Positions 27,374 through 34,877 of a stretch of 34,877 bases of DNA are shown here, one piece after another. The stretch lies in assembly GCA_023140385.1 (NCBI GenBank), contig JAGLLT010000005.1, forward strand, positions 1-34,877. Direction: 5' to 3'. The stretch comes from Candidatus Omnitrophota bacterium. GTDB taxonomy: Bacteria > Omnitrophota > Gorgyraeia > JAGLLT01. The first letter of the stretch is position 1; every line of letters starts with the position of its first letter. Position numbers and translations under genes: made by a program. Under the pieces are notes generated by a model. It was given only the letters and a program-made list of their open reading frames with translations. It was not told where the DNA came from and made no database searches.

Positions 27374-29626
27374 TTAATCGTTCCACCAATCTGTCCAGAG
27401 TTCGTCGTTAACAGGAACGATAATAATATCTATAGGATTAGTGAATCTCGTGGTAGTGCCATCCGGCAGGCCGGTGAACTCCCACGGATCAGAGGTAACT
27501 GAGCCGCCTGGGCCCCCCACCCTTGTCTGCAGTCTGGTCTGATTATAGCCGTTGGTTACCTGAAGACAACTGAACAAAGCCTCTAAGTTACTCCCGTTTT
27601 CGAGGTCAAAGTAACCTACCCTTAACATATCCTTGAGGCCGGCTATCTCAACGTCACCTCCAACAATATCCCCGCTATTATTTATGGCGAAGAATTTGGC
27701 GAGGAGCGCTTCATTAACGGTTCTTGTCTGTGTGCGCGTCCATATCCAGGGCATCATAGGATTCGGATCCCAATCCGGGTCATCAAGACTGCTGTCAAGA
27801 GCTACAACAAAGTTGCCTGGATTTCCCGCGCTATAAACCAGGGCGTCTTTAAATGCCCCTAAATCATCAAAGATAGGAGTACCGTTTATAGCAAACTCAT
27901 AACCGATTATATCCTGCCAGTAATTAGTAACTACCTTCCTATGGTTCCCAAAATTCGTATATTCATAAATGGAGTCCGCGTTGTGCGTCAGCTCAAGCTT
28001 CATATCATCAGGGTAAGCGCAATTCGGATCTTCACTTGGCACCTGATAATAAGTTGTATCCGAACTGGTTATTCTGAAAGGATCAGCAGAACCGACAACC
28101 GTCAGATAATCCTCCCAGGGTAAAAGTGGTATCTCATCAGAGCTTATATGGCGGTTAAAGGTCATCGCCCAATTCAATGTAGTCAGTCCGCTGTACGGCG
28201 TATCACCCGTTCTCAGGTTAACATTGATTAACTGAATTTTCTTATCAGCCGGGCGAAGCACATACTGCTCAACTCTCACACGGTTGCCATGCTTATCCAT
28301 CATTACCTTGTGCATCTGGGCATCGGCGCGCTGGGTAAGGCGGGCATCCATATCGCGCCAATATATATCCTGAGTATGCTGGGCTATATCGTTTCTGAGT
28401 TCGCCCACTTCTATCAGGTCTAATATTTTCTGCCTTATCTCATGGCGGGAACCGTAACCCCTTACGGAAGTATCCGGATCAATCACCGGATCATTCTTAA
28501 AGGCGTCTTCATTATCTCTTATACCGTCGCCATCTGAGTCAGCGTGGTCATAGTAATCTCTGGGATAGGTATCGGCCGCGTTAAGATAACCGTCACCGTC
28601 AATATCACTGTCAAACTCATCATCTATACCGTCACCGTCAAGGTCATTGCCCGAAGCGCGGTTTGGATCGTTAGGGTATAAATCGTCTTTATCTAAAACA
28701 CCATCGCCGTCTGAGTCCAGCTCTGTACTGACGAGAGTATCTCCTCGAGGCTGATTACCCTGACTATCCTGCTCGCCTTGCTTATCCACATTCGCGTCGT
28801 TATGTGAATCCTTTGACCCTTTATTCAAACCGTCCGCGTCCTTGCCTAAATCGTCGGATGGCTTATCGGGAGGCGGCGTATAAGGGTCTGCTTCAGGGCC
28901 TTCATCACCTGATATATTTTTATTAAAGAAAGAACCTAAGTTTCTTCTCCACGAGTTCCACCTTCTCTTCTGCCACGGGCTGATTTTTCTAATAGGGCTC
29001 GCGTATTCACCTGAACCGATTGTTTTCTTATGCCCTTCATTAACGTTTTGTTTATCACCCGTAGGATTACCGCTGTCATCAAGAGGTTCCATATAAATGC
29101 TGTGTTCAAAACACGAACCGATTGTCTTTGAAGCATGCTTCACGACCCAGCCGGTTCCGCGCGCTCCGCATATGGCAACGGGCGTACGAACTTTAAAGGT
29201 CGAGCCTTTCTTCATCTTTTCGACTATACAGAACAACTCACCTTTATCAAGTTTAACTTCCGTGTCATTCGGCTTTATCTTCTCGAGCTTAATCTGTGTG
29301 CCCGCGTTCACCCTGATTACATTCTTCTTTTTTGATTCCTCGCTATAATTAAAACAAAGTTCGGCGAAAGAACCAACTTTTCCGGTTTTAACACTGTCAC
29401 CGCTCACAAGCTGCATAGCCTGACGCGCCTTTTCCCAGTCAGCCTCACCGCTCTTAAGAACTTTTACATTACCTTTTAAGCGAATAATCGTAGCTTCATT
29501 GCCTGAAAAAGTTATGCTCCTAAGGCCGTCTTCCGCCTCCGCCGGCGAAAAAAACATAATTGACGATAGAAAAGCAAAAGCAACAACCCCTGACAGCACT
29601 CTGCTTACTCTTTCTCTATAATTCAT
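27374..29626 (-). CDS. Secreted FecR-domain protein with TSP3-like repeats (paralog B)
   Basis: Signal peptide ending AEA; LVSGDSVKTG...FKVRTPVAICGARGTGW; same DxDGDG block and core as paralog A. Confidence 0.85.
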   Translation of the reverse strand: MNYRERVSRVLSGVVAFAFLSSIMFFSPAEAEDGLRSITFSGNEATIIRLKGNVKVLKSGEADWEKARQAMQLVSGDSVKTGKVGSFAELCFNYSEESKKKNVIRVNAGTQIKLEKIKPNDTEVKLDKGELFCIVEKMKKGSTFKVRTPVAICGARGTGWVVKHASKTIGSCFEHSIYMEPLDDSGNPTGDKQNVNEGHKKTIGSGEYASPIRKISPWQKRRWNSWRRNLGSFFNKNISGDEGPEADPYTPPPDKPSDDLGKDADGLNKGSKDSHNDANVDKQGEQDSQGNQPRGDTLVSTELDSDGDGVLDKDDLYPNDPNRASGNDLDGDGIDDEFDSDIDGDGYLNAADTYPRDYYDHADSDGDGIRDNEDAFKNDPVIDPDTSVRGYGSRHEIRQKILDLIEVGELRNDIAQHTQDIYWRDMDARLTQRADAQMHKVMMDKHGNRVRVEQYVLRPADKKIQLINVNLRTGDTPYSGLTTLNWAMTFNRHISSDEIPLLPWEDYLTVVGSADPFRITSSDTTYYQVPSEDPNCAYPDDMKLELTHNADSIYEYTNFGNHRKVVTNYWQDIIGYEFAINGTPIFDDLGAFKDALVYSAGNPGNFVVALDSSLDDPDWDPNPMMPWIWTRTQTRTVNEALLAKFFAINNSGDIVGGDVEIAGLKDMLRVGYFDLENGSNLEALFSCLQVTNGYNQTRLQTRVGGPGGSVTSDPWEFTGLPDGTTTRFTNPIDIIIVPVNDELWTDWWND

Positions 29627-29660
29627 ATTTCACCTCGTTTTTATAACTATTTTAGTCTAT

Positions 29661-29689
29661 AATATAACAAATTACGCAAAAAAAGTCAA
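29661..29689 (-). promoter_or_regulatory. sigma70 promoter of paralog B
   Basis: TTGACT-17 nt-TATATT with TGn extension. Confidence 0.65.
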
Positions 29690-29730
29690 GTAAATATAGT
29701 TGCTTTTATGATGTAATATATTGCTGGACA

Positions 29731-30342
29731 CTAATCTTCCAGATGAACATCGATGTATTGAGACAGTAACTCTCTTACCGTTGCCGGCGGCCTGACAATA
29801 AAATAGTGATTGACAAGGGCATGGCCTATCTCATGAGCCAATATATTTTGATTAACGCGGGACTCAGTTGTATAAATTGTGTTATTTTCATAGACATAAA
29901 AAGAGTATAAGTCAAGCCGCTCACCCATTATTTCTTCATAGGCATCAATAAGCATCTTTGTGCTTTCAAAGAAAACGATATTAACGTGAAAATCCGCCGG
30001 ATACATATCCAGTATCTGCTCAGACCTAAGCAGAATCATATCGCATTTAATGGCTATGCGCTCAAAAACGTCTCCCGCTTCCCTCAATGACCTTTTACCG
30101 CCATAACCAATCTCGATATATTTTATATCCAGCTTCTTATCTATCCTTGCCGGATTTACCATACCCTCAAAGTATAAGGTGCAATAATCAGAACTGACTT
30201 TCAATGAGCTATGACTACCGGCCGTATCCGCCCCGACTATACCCGCCGGTAAAAACGTAAGGCAGAAAAAACAAAAGGTACCGATAAGAAAATTTTTTTT
30301 AAAACTACAGTTTAAAGCAGCCAATTTCTTTATTGATTTCAT
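29731..30342 (-). CDS. Exported protein with HExxH zinc-metallopeptidase motif
   Basis: Signal-like N-terminus; NTIY...ILAHEIGHAL...RELL with a candidate third ligand Glu. Confidence 0.7.
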   Translation of the reverse strand: MKSIKKLAALNCSFKKNFLIGTFCFFCLTFLPAGIVGADTAGSHSSLKVSSDYCTLYFEGMVNPARIDKKLDIKYIEIGYGGKRSLREAGDVFERIAIKCDMILLRSEQILDMYPADFHVNIVFFESTKMLIDAYEEIMGERLDLYSFYVYENNTIYTTESRVNQNILAHEIGHALVNHYFIVRPPATVRELLSQYIDVHLED

Positions 30343-30892
30343 TTATCGTCTTTTTTATATTAGCTGTATTGTTTTTTTCCCGCGCCGCTTCCGCGTTATC
30401 AGCAAAGCTATTCAGCTCTGAGGCCATGTTTTTTATCTTCAGAACATGCTGGTTTAGCTTTTTTATCATATCGTTTAATTCATCCGCGATTGGCCGCAAC
30501 TGGTCTCCTGAACGCAGTCTGACCTCCAGGCTAAGATTGCCGTTACCTACAGCCTCAACAGCTTTTTCAAGATGGTAAGCGGGGCCGGCTATTTTATGGG
30601 AAATAAAGAGGGTTACCACAATCATAAATACACCCACAATAATGATTGTAGCAATAGAAGTGAGCGTTATTAGTGGCAAAAGGTAATCAGCGGTACTTTT
30701 AATGATAAGTCTTGAATTCTCAAAAGAGGTCGTTGTGGATTTAAGTGAAAGGAAATAAATCAACCCTCCAAACAAAACACAAGCAAGGATAACAAGAAGA
30801 CAAAACCTGATGATAAACCGGCTTTGAAATTTCTTATTAATATAGTAGTTCCTTCTCCTGTACGGTTTATTGACTTTTTGTCCTTTCATCAC
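30305..30892 (-). CDS. 2-TM HAMP-domain protein with no output domain
   Basis: RRRNYYINKKFQ, two TM helices, SHKIAGPAYHL...GNLSLEVRLRSGDQLRPIADELNDM, short coiled coil. Confidence 0.82.
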   Translation of the reverse strand: MMKGQKVNKPYRRRNYYINKKFQSRFIIRFCLLVILACVLFGGLIYFLSLKSTTTSFENSRLIIKSTADYLLPLITLTSIATIIIVGVFMIVVTLFISHKIAGPAYHLEKAVEAVGNGNLSLEVRLRSGDQLRPIADELNDMIKKLNQHVLKIKNMASELNSFADNAEAAREKNNTANIKKTINEINKEIGCFKL

Positions 30893-30923
30893 TTCCTCCG
30901 CGTTTTGTAAAAATCAGCGCGAC

Positions 30924-31499
30924 TTAATCAAGCGCTATGCTTTTTAAGGTTTCCTCATTTATAGAAATATAGGCTTTCTCTTTTAAGTTATCTATCCACG
31001 CGCGCATAAGCCCTGTTTCTTTTTCACGGCGCAAAAAACGTCTCAGCCGGCTTTTAATCTCTAAAAGCGGCTTAATCTCAGGATCCTCTGTTTTCAACTT
31101 GTTATAATAATCGGATATCTCATCATCGTAGATGTAAACGCTGTCTGAAATCTCGCGTGACTTTTTTTCGATTAGAGTTATCAAAAGTGTTTGTTTCCAG
31201 TAATTCTCAATTGTTTTCCTGAATCGCTCTTCCTTGTCAAGATTAAGCGACTGCGCCTCCTGAAGCAAAATCTCTTTTTCAATCAAGTCGTTGAGAAGTT
31301 CCATTCGGCCGCTAAAATCCTTAACGGTATCAGGCCGGTAGATAGAAAGCGCCTTTAAGTCCTGCCTGAGATCTTCTTCGCTCATATAATACGCGTTAAT
31401 CTGGGCAACCACTTTCTTTTCTTCTTCTTTTTTAGTACAACCAAAGCTAAGAAATACAAAACTACATAAAATAATAACAGTACAGCCTTTTAACATCAA
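30924..31499 (-). CDS. SurA/PrsA N-terminal-domain lipoprotein lacking a parvulin domain
   Basis: Lipobox SFGC; VVAQIN, LNDLIEKEILLQEA..LNLDK, DDEISDYY, WIDNLKEKAYISIN. Confidence 0.78.
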   Translation of the reverse strand: MMLKGCTVIILCSFVFLSFGCTKKEEEKKVVAQINAYYMSEEDLRQDLKALSIYRPDTVKDFSGRMELLNDLIEKEILLQEAQSLNLDKEERFRKTIENYWKQTLLITLIEKKSREISDSVYIYDDEISDYYNKLKTEDPEIKPLLEIKSRLRRFLRREKETGLMRAWIDNLKEKAYISINEETLKSIALD

Positions 31500-31578
31500 T
31501 TTCCTCCTGATATACGCGTATGAAAATAGATTGCAACCGTTACAAAAAAGTCTGAGCCTTTAAAGCTTTTATAATAAT

Positions 31579-31662
31579 ATTTTAATTCTTTAGAGGGCTC
31601 TTGTCAAGCGTGAAAAAAAATTTAAATTTATCCTTTACAGCGGGCGCGCATTGTAATATAAT
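31579..31662. promoter_or_regulatory. Back-to-back divergent sigma70 promoters
   Basis: Minus: TTGACA (31607-31602)-17 nt-TAAAAT (31584-31579). Plus: TTTACA (31634-31639)-17 nt-TATAAT (31657-31662). Confidence 0.72.
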
Positions 31663-31688
31663 ATAAAAAAATAAAAAAGGAGCGGGAT

Positions 31689-33005
31689 ATGATTAGGATG
31701 GGGCATAAAAATTATTTGTTGTTTTTTGTCTTACTAATAGTAATGGCTGCGCCTGCCGGGCTTTATGCCAAAGATGACGGCCTTACCGGCGAGGACACAG
31801 CTCCAAAGGCGGACGAGAAAACAAGCTTAAGATTTTTCGGAAAAAAAGTTATACCCATCATCAATTTGGACGCTTTGGGCACTTACTCCAAAATTCAGGG
31901 CTACAATGCCACTGAGGGAGCGCTTATTGACCTGCTTGTCTCACCCGCGATTAAAATAAATGATAATTATTATCTTATTCCCCTTTACAATTTTAATTAC
32001 AATCGCTCGCGCCAGATTATCGCTGAAGATGAAGGCGGCCATCTGATACAGGAAACTCTAATTCATAACGCCTATTTTACGAATAAATTACAACTAACGG
32101 ATAATCTGGTAAATAAAATCAGCATTTTTGGCAGTTGGGCTTATTACAAAGAGACCGCGGATGAAAAATGGTCAGAGGGCCTTTATGATTATACTGATGT
32201 TGGCGCCATAGTGGACTTCGAATATGTCTTAGGCAATCCAAAAGATAAAATTTATAAAGAAGCCGGGCTGGAATTCGAATATTATAAGCGCCAGTATTCT
32301 AATTTTCAGTCACTTATATCCCTTGCCCTACCCACAGCGCCTGAAACGGATGAAAAAGACTTTGACGGCTACAAAGCAACTCTTTCCTATCTGAGAGATA
32401 ACCCTGACGGCCTCTCCTTTGAAGCCTCATACCAGCCATTATTAAAGTACTATACCGATAAATTAATCATCGGATCGGATGGTGTTCTGGAATCAGGAAG
32501 CAAGAGAGAAGATAACCAGCACGCTTTTAATCTCAGTTTCAGTTATCCGGTGAGCAAAAGGCTGAAGGTATCGCTGGATAATGAGTTAGTTATAAATCGC
32601 AGTAATCAGAACTTTTATGACTCGATGGATACCGTAATATTATCAGACGATGGGTATATGCCGAACTACTATGATTACAATTCCTTCAGAATAAAGCCAA
32701 AAATCAGTTACGACATAGCCGTTAAAGAAGATAAAGACTTAACCGTCCAGTTGTCTTACGCCTATCTCGATAAGCGTTATACTGACCGCAAAGCTCAAAG
32801 TTCCGCCGGCCCGTATACGGGAAGCGATGAAGAGGATGAATTCCATACTTTCAGCCTGGGGCTTTCTTATCCGTTAACTGAGGCAATAAAAGCCGTAGCC
32901 ATATTTGATTACACCATCGCTCAATCCAATATGGAATACGAGAAGTACTACAGATACAACTACGACCTGATGAGTATAGCCTGCGGCATTTCCTGCCGCT
33001 TCTAA
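31689..33005 (+). CDS. Predicted outer-membrane beta-barrel protein, family unassigned
   Basis: Signal peptide (LYA), Tyr/Asp-rich, many alternating strands (FNLSFSYP, FSLGLSYP), C-terminal GISCRF with terminal Phe. Confidence 0.78.
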   Translation: MIRMGHKNYLLFFVLLIVMAAPAGLYAKDDGLTGEDTAPKADEKTSLRFFGKKVIPIINLDALGTYSKIQGYNATEGALIDLLVSPAIKINDNYYLIPLYNFNYNRSRQIIAEDEGGHLIQETLIHNAYFTNKLQLTDNLVNKISIFGSWAYYKETADEKWSEGLYDYTDVGAIVDFEYVLGNPKDKIYKEAGLEFEYYKRQYSNFQSLISLALPTAPETDEKDFDGYKATLSYLRDNPDGLSFEASYQPLLKYYTDKLIIGSDGVLESGSKREDNQHAFNLSFSYPVSKRLKVSLDNELVINRSNQNFYDSMDTVILSDDGYMPNYYDYNSFRIKPKISYDIAVKEDKDLTVQLSYAYLDKRYTDRKAQSSAGPYTGSDEEDEFHTFSLGLSYPLTEAIKAVAIFDYTIAQSNMEYEKYYRYNYDLMSIACGISCRF

Positions 33006-33011
33006 AATAAT

Positions 33012-33061
33012 AAAAAAAGGACGCTTTTATTTAAATTAACAAATAAAAGCGTCCTTTTTTT
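33012..33061. terminator. Perfect 21-bp inverted repeat; bidirectional terminator and/or REP-like doublet
   Basis: AAAAAAAGGACGCTTTTATTT-8 nt-AAATAAAAGCGTCCTTTTTTT between convergent genes. Confidence 0.75.
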
Positions 33062-33067
33062 GTTCAT

Positions 33068-33111
33068 TAAGGGGTCAAGTTAAAAGTTTGACCCCTTACT
33101 TGACCCCTTAC
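33068..33111. repeat. TGACCCC-type REP doublet with tandemly duplicated arm
   Basis: TAAGGGGTCAA-9 nt-TTGACCCCTTA; TTGACCCCTTAC occurs twice in tandem (33088-33099, 33100-33111); same motif as the transposase ends. Confidence 0.85.
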
Positions 33112-33115
33112 TTAC

Positions 33116-33736
33116 TTATTTTTTATCTCCTAAATATATACCTAACACTAAAGCAACACCTAAAAGGATATATTCTAAAAGTAAAATAGGTACAACTTTT
33201 TCTACTTGAGGAGTTCCTCCCATTGCCCAAATAGATAGACTATACAGCCATAAAAGAAAAAATGTTAGAGGATATACAATTAATAAAGCAATTGCCCCAC
33301 CTATCATAGCTCTTAGTGCTCTATGAAAAGACCTATGCATAATACCAAATGATAAACTTATAAATATAGCATAGACTACTGGGGTAAATGGTAGGCCGAA
33401 AAAAGCAATCAGTCCCGCCACAGATCCTAGAATATGTCCCTTACATATTTGGGTTATTAAATAAAAAACTACACCTCCTGCTAAGCCGCCTATAATTCCA
33501 TAAAAGGTTTTTCTAATAGATTTATCAGCTATACCCAAAGCTAAACCTAAGAATAGACCAGGGCTTAAGAAAATAATATATTTATAGTAAATGATATATT
33601 GTTCGTAATATAGAGGAAATGGCCGTGGAACCCTAGAAAAAATAAAACCACCCGCATAACTCGCAATTATCCCGCTAACCAATCCAAAAATACCGCCCCA
33701 TAAAATATGTCGAAGTATTTTATTTTTAGCTATCAT
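33116..33736 (-). CDS. Low-GC Gly-rich multi-pass membrane protein
   Basis: About 6 TM helices with GxxxG runs; SD AAGGAG; spot counts of three 60-nt lines gave 25-38% GC. Confidence 0.8.
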   Translation of the reverse strand: MIAKNKILRHILWGGIFGLVSGIIASYAGGFIFSRVPRPFPLYYEQYIIYYKYIIFLSPGLFLGLALGIADKSIRKTFYGIIGGLAGGVVFYLITQICKGHILGSVAGLIAFFGLPFTPVVYAIFISLSFGIMHRSFHRALRAMIGGAIALLIVYPLTFFLLWLYSLSIWAMGGTPQVEKVVPILLLEYILLGVALVLGIYLGDKK

Positions 33737-33832
33737 TTAAAATTTCTCCTTTTTACTGAAACCCACTATCAGGTAAAAAGAATGCGCAACCTTATTAGTT
33801 TTGACAGTCTCCCACTCATAAAGAGCAAGGGG

Positions 33833-34816
33833 TCAAGTCTTAACTTTTAACTTAAGCATCTTTACCATTTCTCTAAAATCCTGATAACACCCTTCTTTCT
33901 TTTTGATTTCCTCTGCTGCCAAACGAAATTGTTTTGAAAGCGCCGCGTATGATATCCCGCCCAGCACGGTGCATATATCACGACACGGTATATATAGATA
34001 TTGTCTGCATATATATGCTGCGGCTTTTCTTTTTAGAATGTATTTTTTGTTTTTCTTTCGCGCAAAAATACCTTTTTCTCCGATTTTGTTCTCAAGCGTC
34101 CTTATTGCATCGTTGGCTGAGATAGCTCTCATGCTCTCTTTATATTGCGGAATTTCTCTTTTTTCTATTCTCTTACCCCGCAGATTCTCTCGTATAGCAG
34201 CTTTAAATGCTTCTCCTCCAAGAATTGCCGGCCATTTAATCCCGTTTAGTATCGTAGATAATTCTTTCAGTGTTTCCTCTTTGACAAATGCGTCTAATTG
34301 CCGCATGGCTTCTTTTTCAAATTCGCTAAATTGCATTAAAACGTCTTTTGTTTTTAGCCATTGCGGACGCCTGCTTATCTTCATGTATGCAGAGTGGCTT
34401 GTCCACTCATGCTGGCCTATTTTTTCCTCAAGCTTTGCTCTATAAGGATTTCTGTGTATGTAGCGGATTAGCTCACTTAAATAGCTTTCTTTTTCTATTA
34501 GTATCGATTTAAACCGTCCCTTAAAAAGGCTTCCTTCGTTGTTATATTTTCTGTTTATTTTCTGAGTATAAACACCATTTAGGTGCCTCATACCTCGCGA
34601 TAGGTTGCCGTTAGGGGTACGTATAAGCAGGTGGTAGTGGTTTGGAATTAGCGAATAAGCGTGGATTTCGATATTAAATAATTCGGTACATTCTTCCAAT
34701 ATCTTCAAAAATAGTTTGTAGTCGCTATCGAAGAAAAATATGTTTTCCCGCCTTCTTCCGCGATTTAACACATGATACCATGCGCCGGGATATTCAATTC
34801 TTAATGGTCTTGCCAT
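33833..34816 (-). CDS. HUH Y1 transposase, REP-associated (RAYT/TnpA-REP type), with C-terminal HTH
   Basis: MARPLRIEYPGAWYHVLNRG, PNHYHLL (HUH), GSLFKGRFKS, RYIHRNP (catalytic Tyr), WTSH; C-terminal DnaA_C-like helix-turn-helix. Confidence 0.92.
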   Translation of the reverse strand: MARPLRIEYPGAWYHVLNRGRRRENIFFFDSDYKLFLKILEECTELFNIEIHAYSLIPNHYHLLIRTPNGNLSRGMRHLNGVYTQKINRKYNNEGSLFKGRFKSILIEKESYLSELIRYIHRNPYRAKLEEKIGQHEWTSHSAYMKISRRPQWLKTKDVLMQFSEFEKEAMRQLDAFVKEETLKELSTILNGIKWPAILGGEAFKAAIRENLRGKRIEKREIPQYKESMRAISANDAIRTLENKIGEKGIFARKKNKKYILKRKAAAYICRQYLYIPCRDICTVLGGISYAALSKQFRLAAEEIKKKEGCYQDFREMVKMLKLKVKT

Positions 34817-34824
34817 AATTTTCT

Positions 34825-34852
34825 ATTATACACAATGCTGAAATATCGTCAA
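34825..34852 (-). promoter_or_regulatory. Promoter of the RAYT gene, probably near-leaderless
   Basis: TTGACG-16 nt-TATAAT, with only 8 nt to the ATG and no SD. Confidence 0.65.
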
Positions 34853-34877
34853 GTTCAAAGTTAAGACTTGACCCCTT

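Larger units (their letters stand above)
33827..34877 (-). mobile_element. RAYT locus bounded by inverted TGACCCC repeats
   Basis: AAGGGGTCAAGTCTTAACTTT (33827-33847) is the exact reverse complement of 34857-34877; the match extends to 26/27. Confidence 0.8.

Noticed and set aside
25123..29626. Paralogous repeats as a diversity-generating retroelement TR/VR pair
   Set aside because: Differences involve all bases and are mostly synonymous, both copies are coding, and there is no reverse transcriptase in the window.
33068..33115. CRISPR array
   Set aside because: No regularly spaced repeats with unique spacers and no cas genes.
33833..34816. Classical IS200/IS605 element
   Set aside because: The protein is about twice TnpA length, has RAYT-type motifs and an extra HTH, and no tnpB is visible.

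Overview
Chromosomal window of a diderm bacterium (TolC, outer-membrane barrel and lipoprotein present; moderately AT-rich). The gene families suggest Ca. Omnitrophota or a similar lineage, which is inference only. Bases 1-21 kb form a long minus-strand run, in transcription order: MarR, TolC, RND permease (no adaptor gene), hypothetical, nucleotidyltransferase-like, TPM, LemA, GlmA-like GH35, YjbQ, Dtd, an untracked 34-aa Lys-rich ORF, HAD, GT4, beta-PGM, kojibiose-type GH65, CBS, rsmD, coaD, pta, ackA, rpmF and partial plsX. A MATE transporter and an archaeal-type Hel308 helicase follow on the plus strand. Next are two paralogous secreted FecR/TSP3-repeat proteins, a SurA-like/HAMP/HExxH operon and a divergent beta-barrel gene. 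The window ends in an HUH (RAYT-type) transposase bracketed by perfect 21-bp TGACCCC inverted repeats, beside a low-GC cassette also bounded by TGACCCC repeats. Several other REP-like palindromes are intergenic. No rRNA, tRNA or CRISPR array was seen. Family calls are from motif recognition by eye, not database searches.
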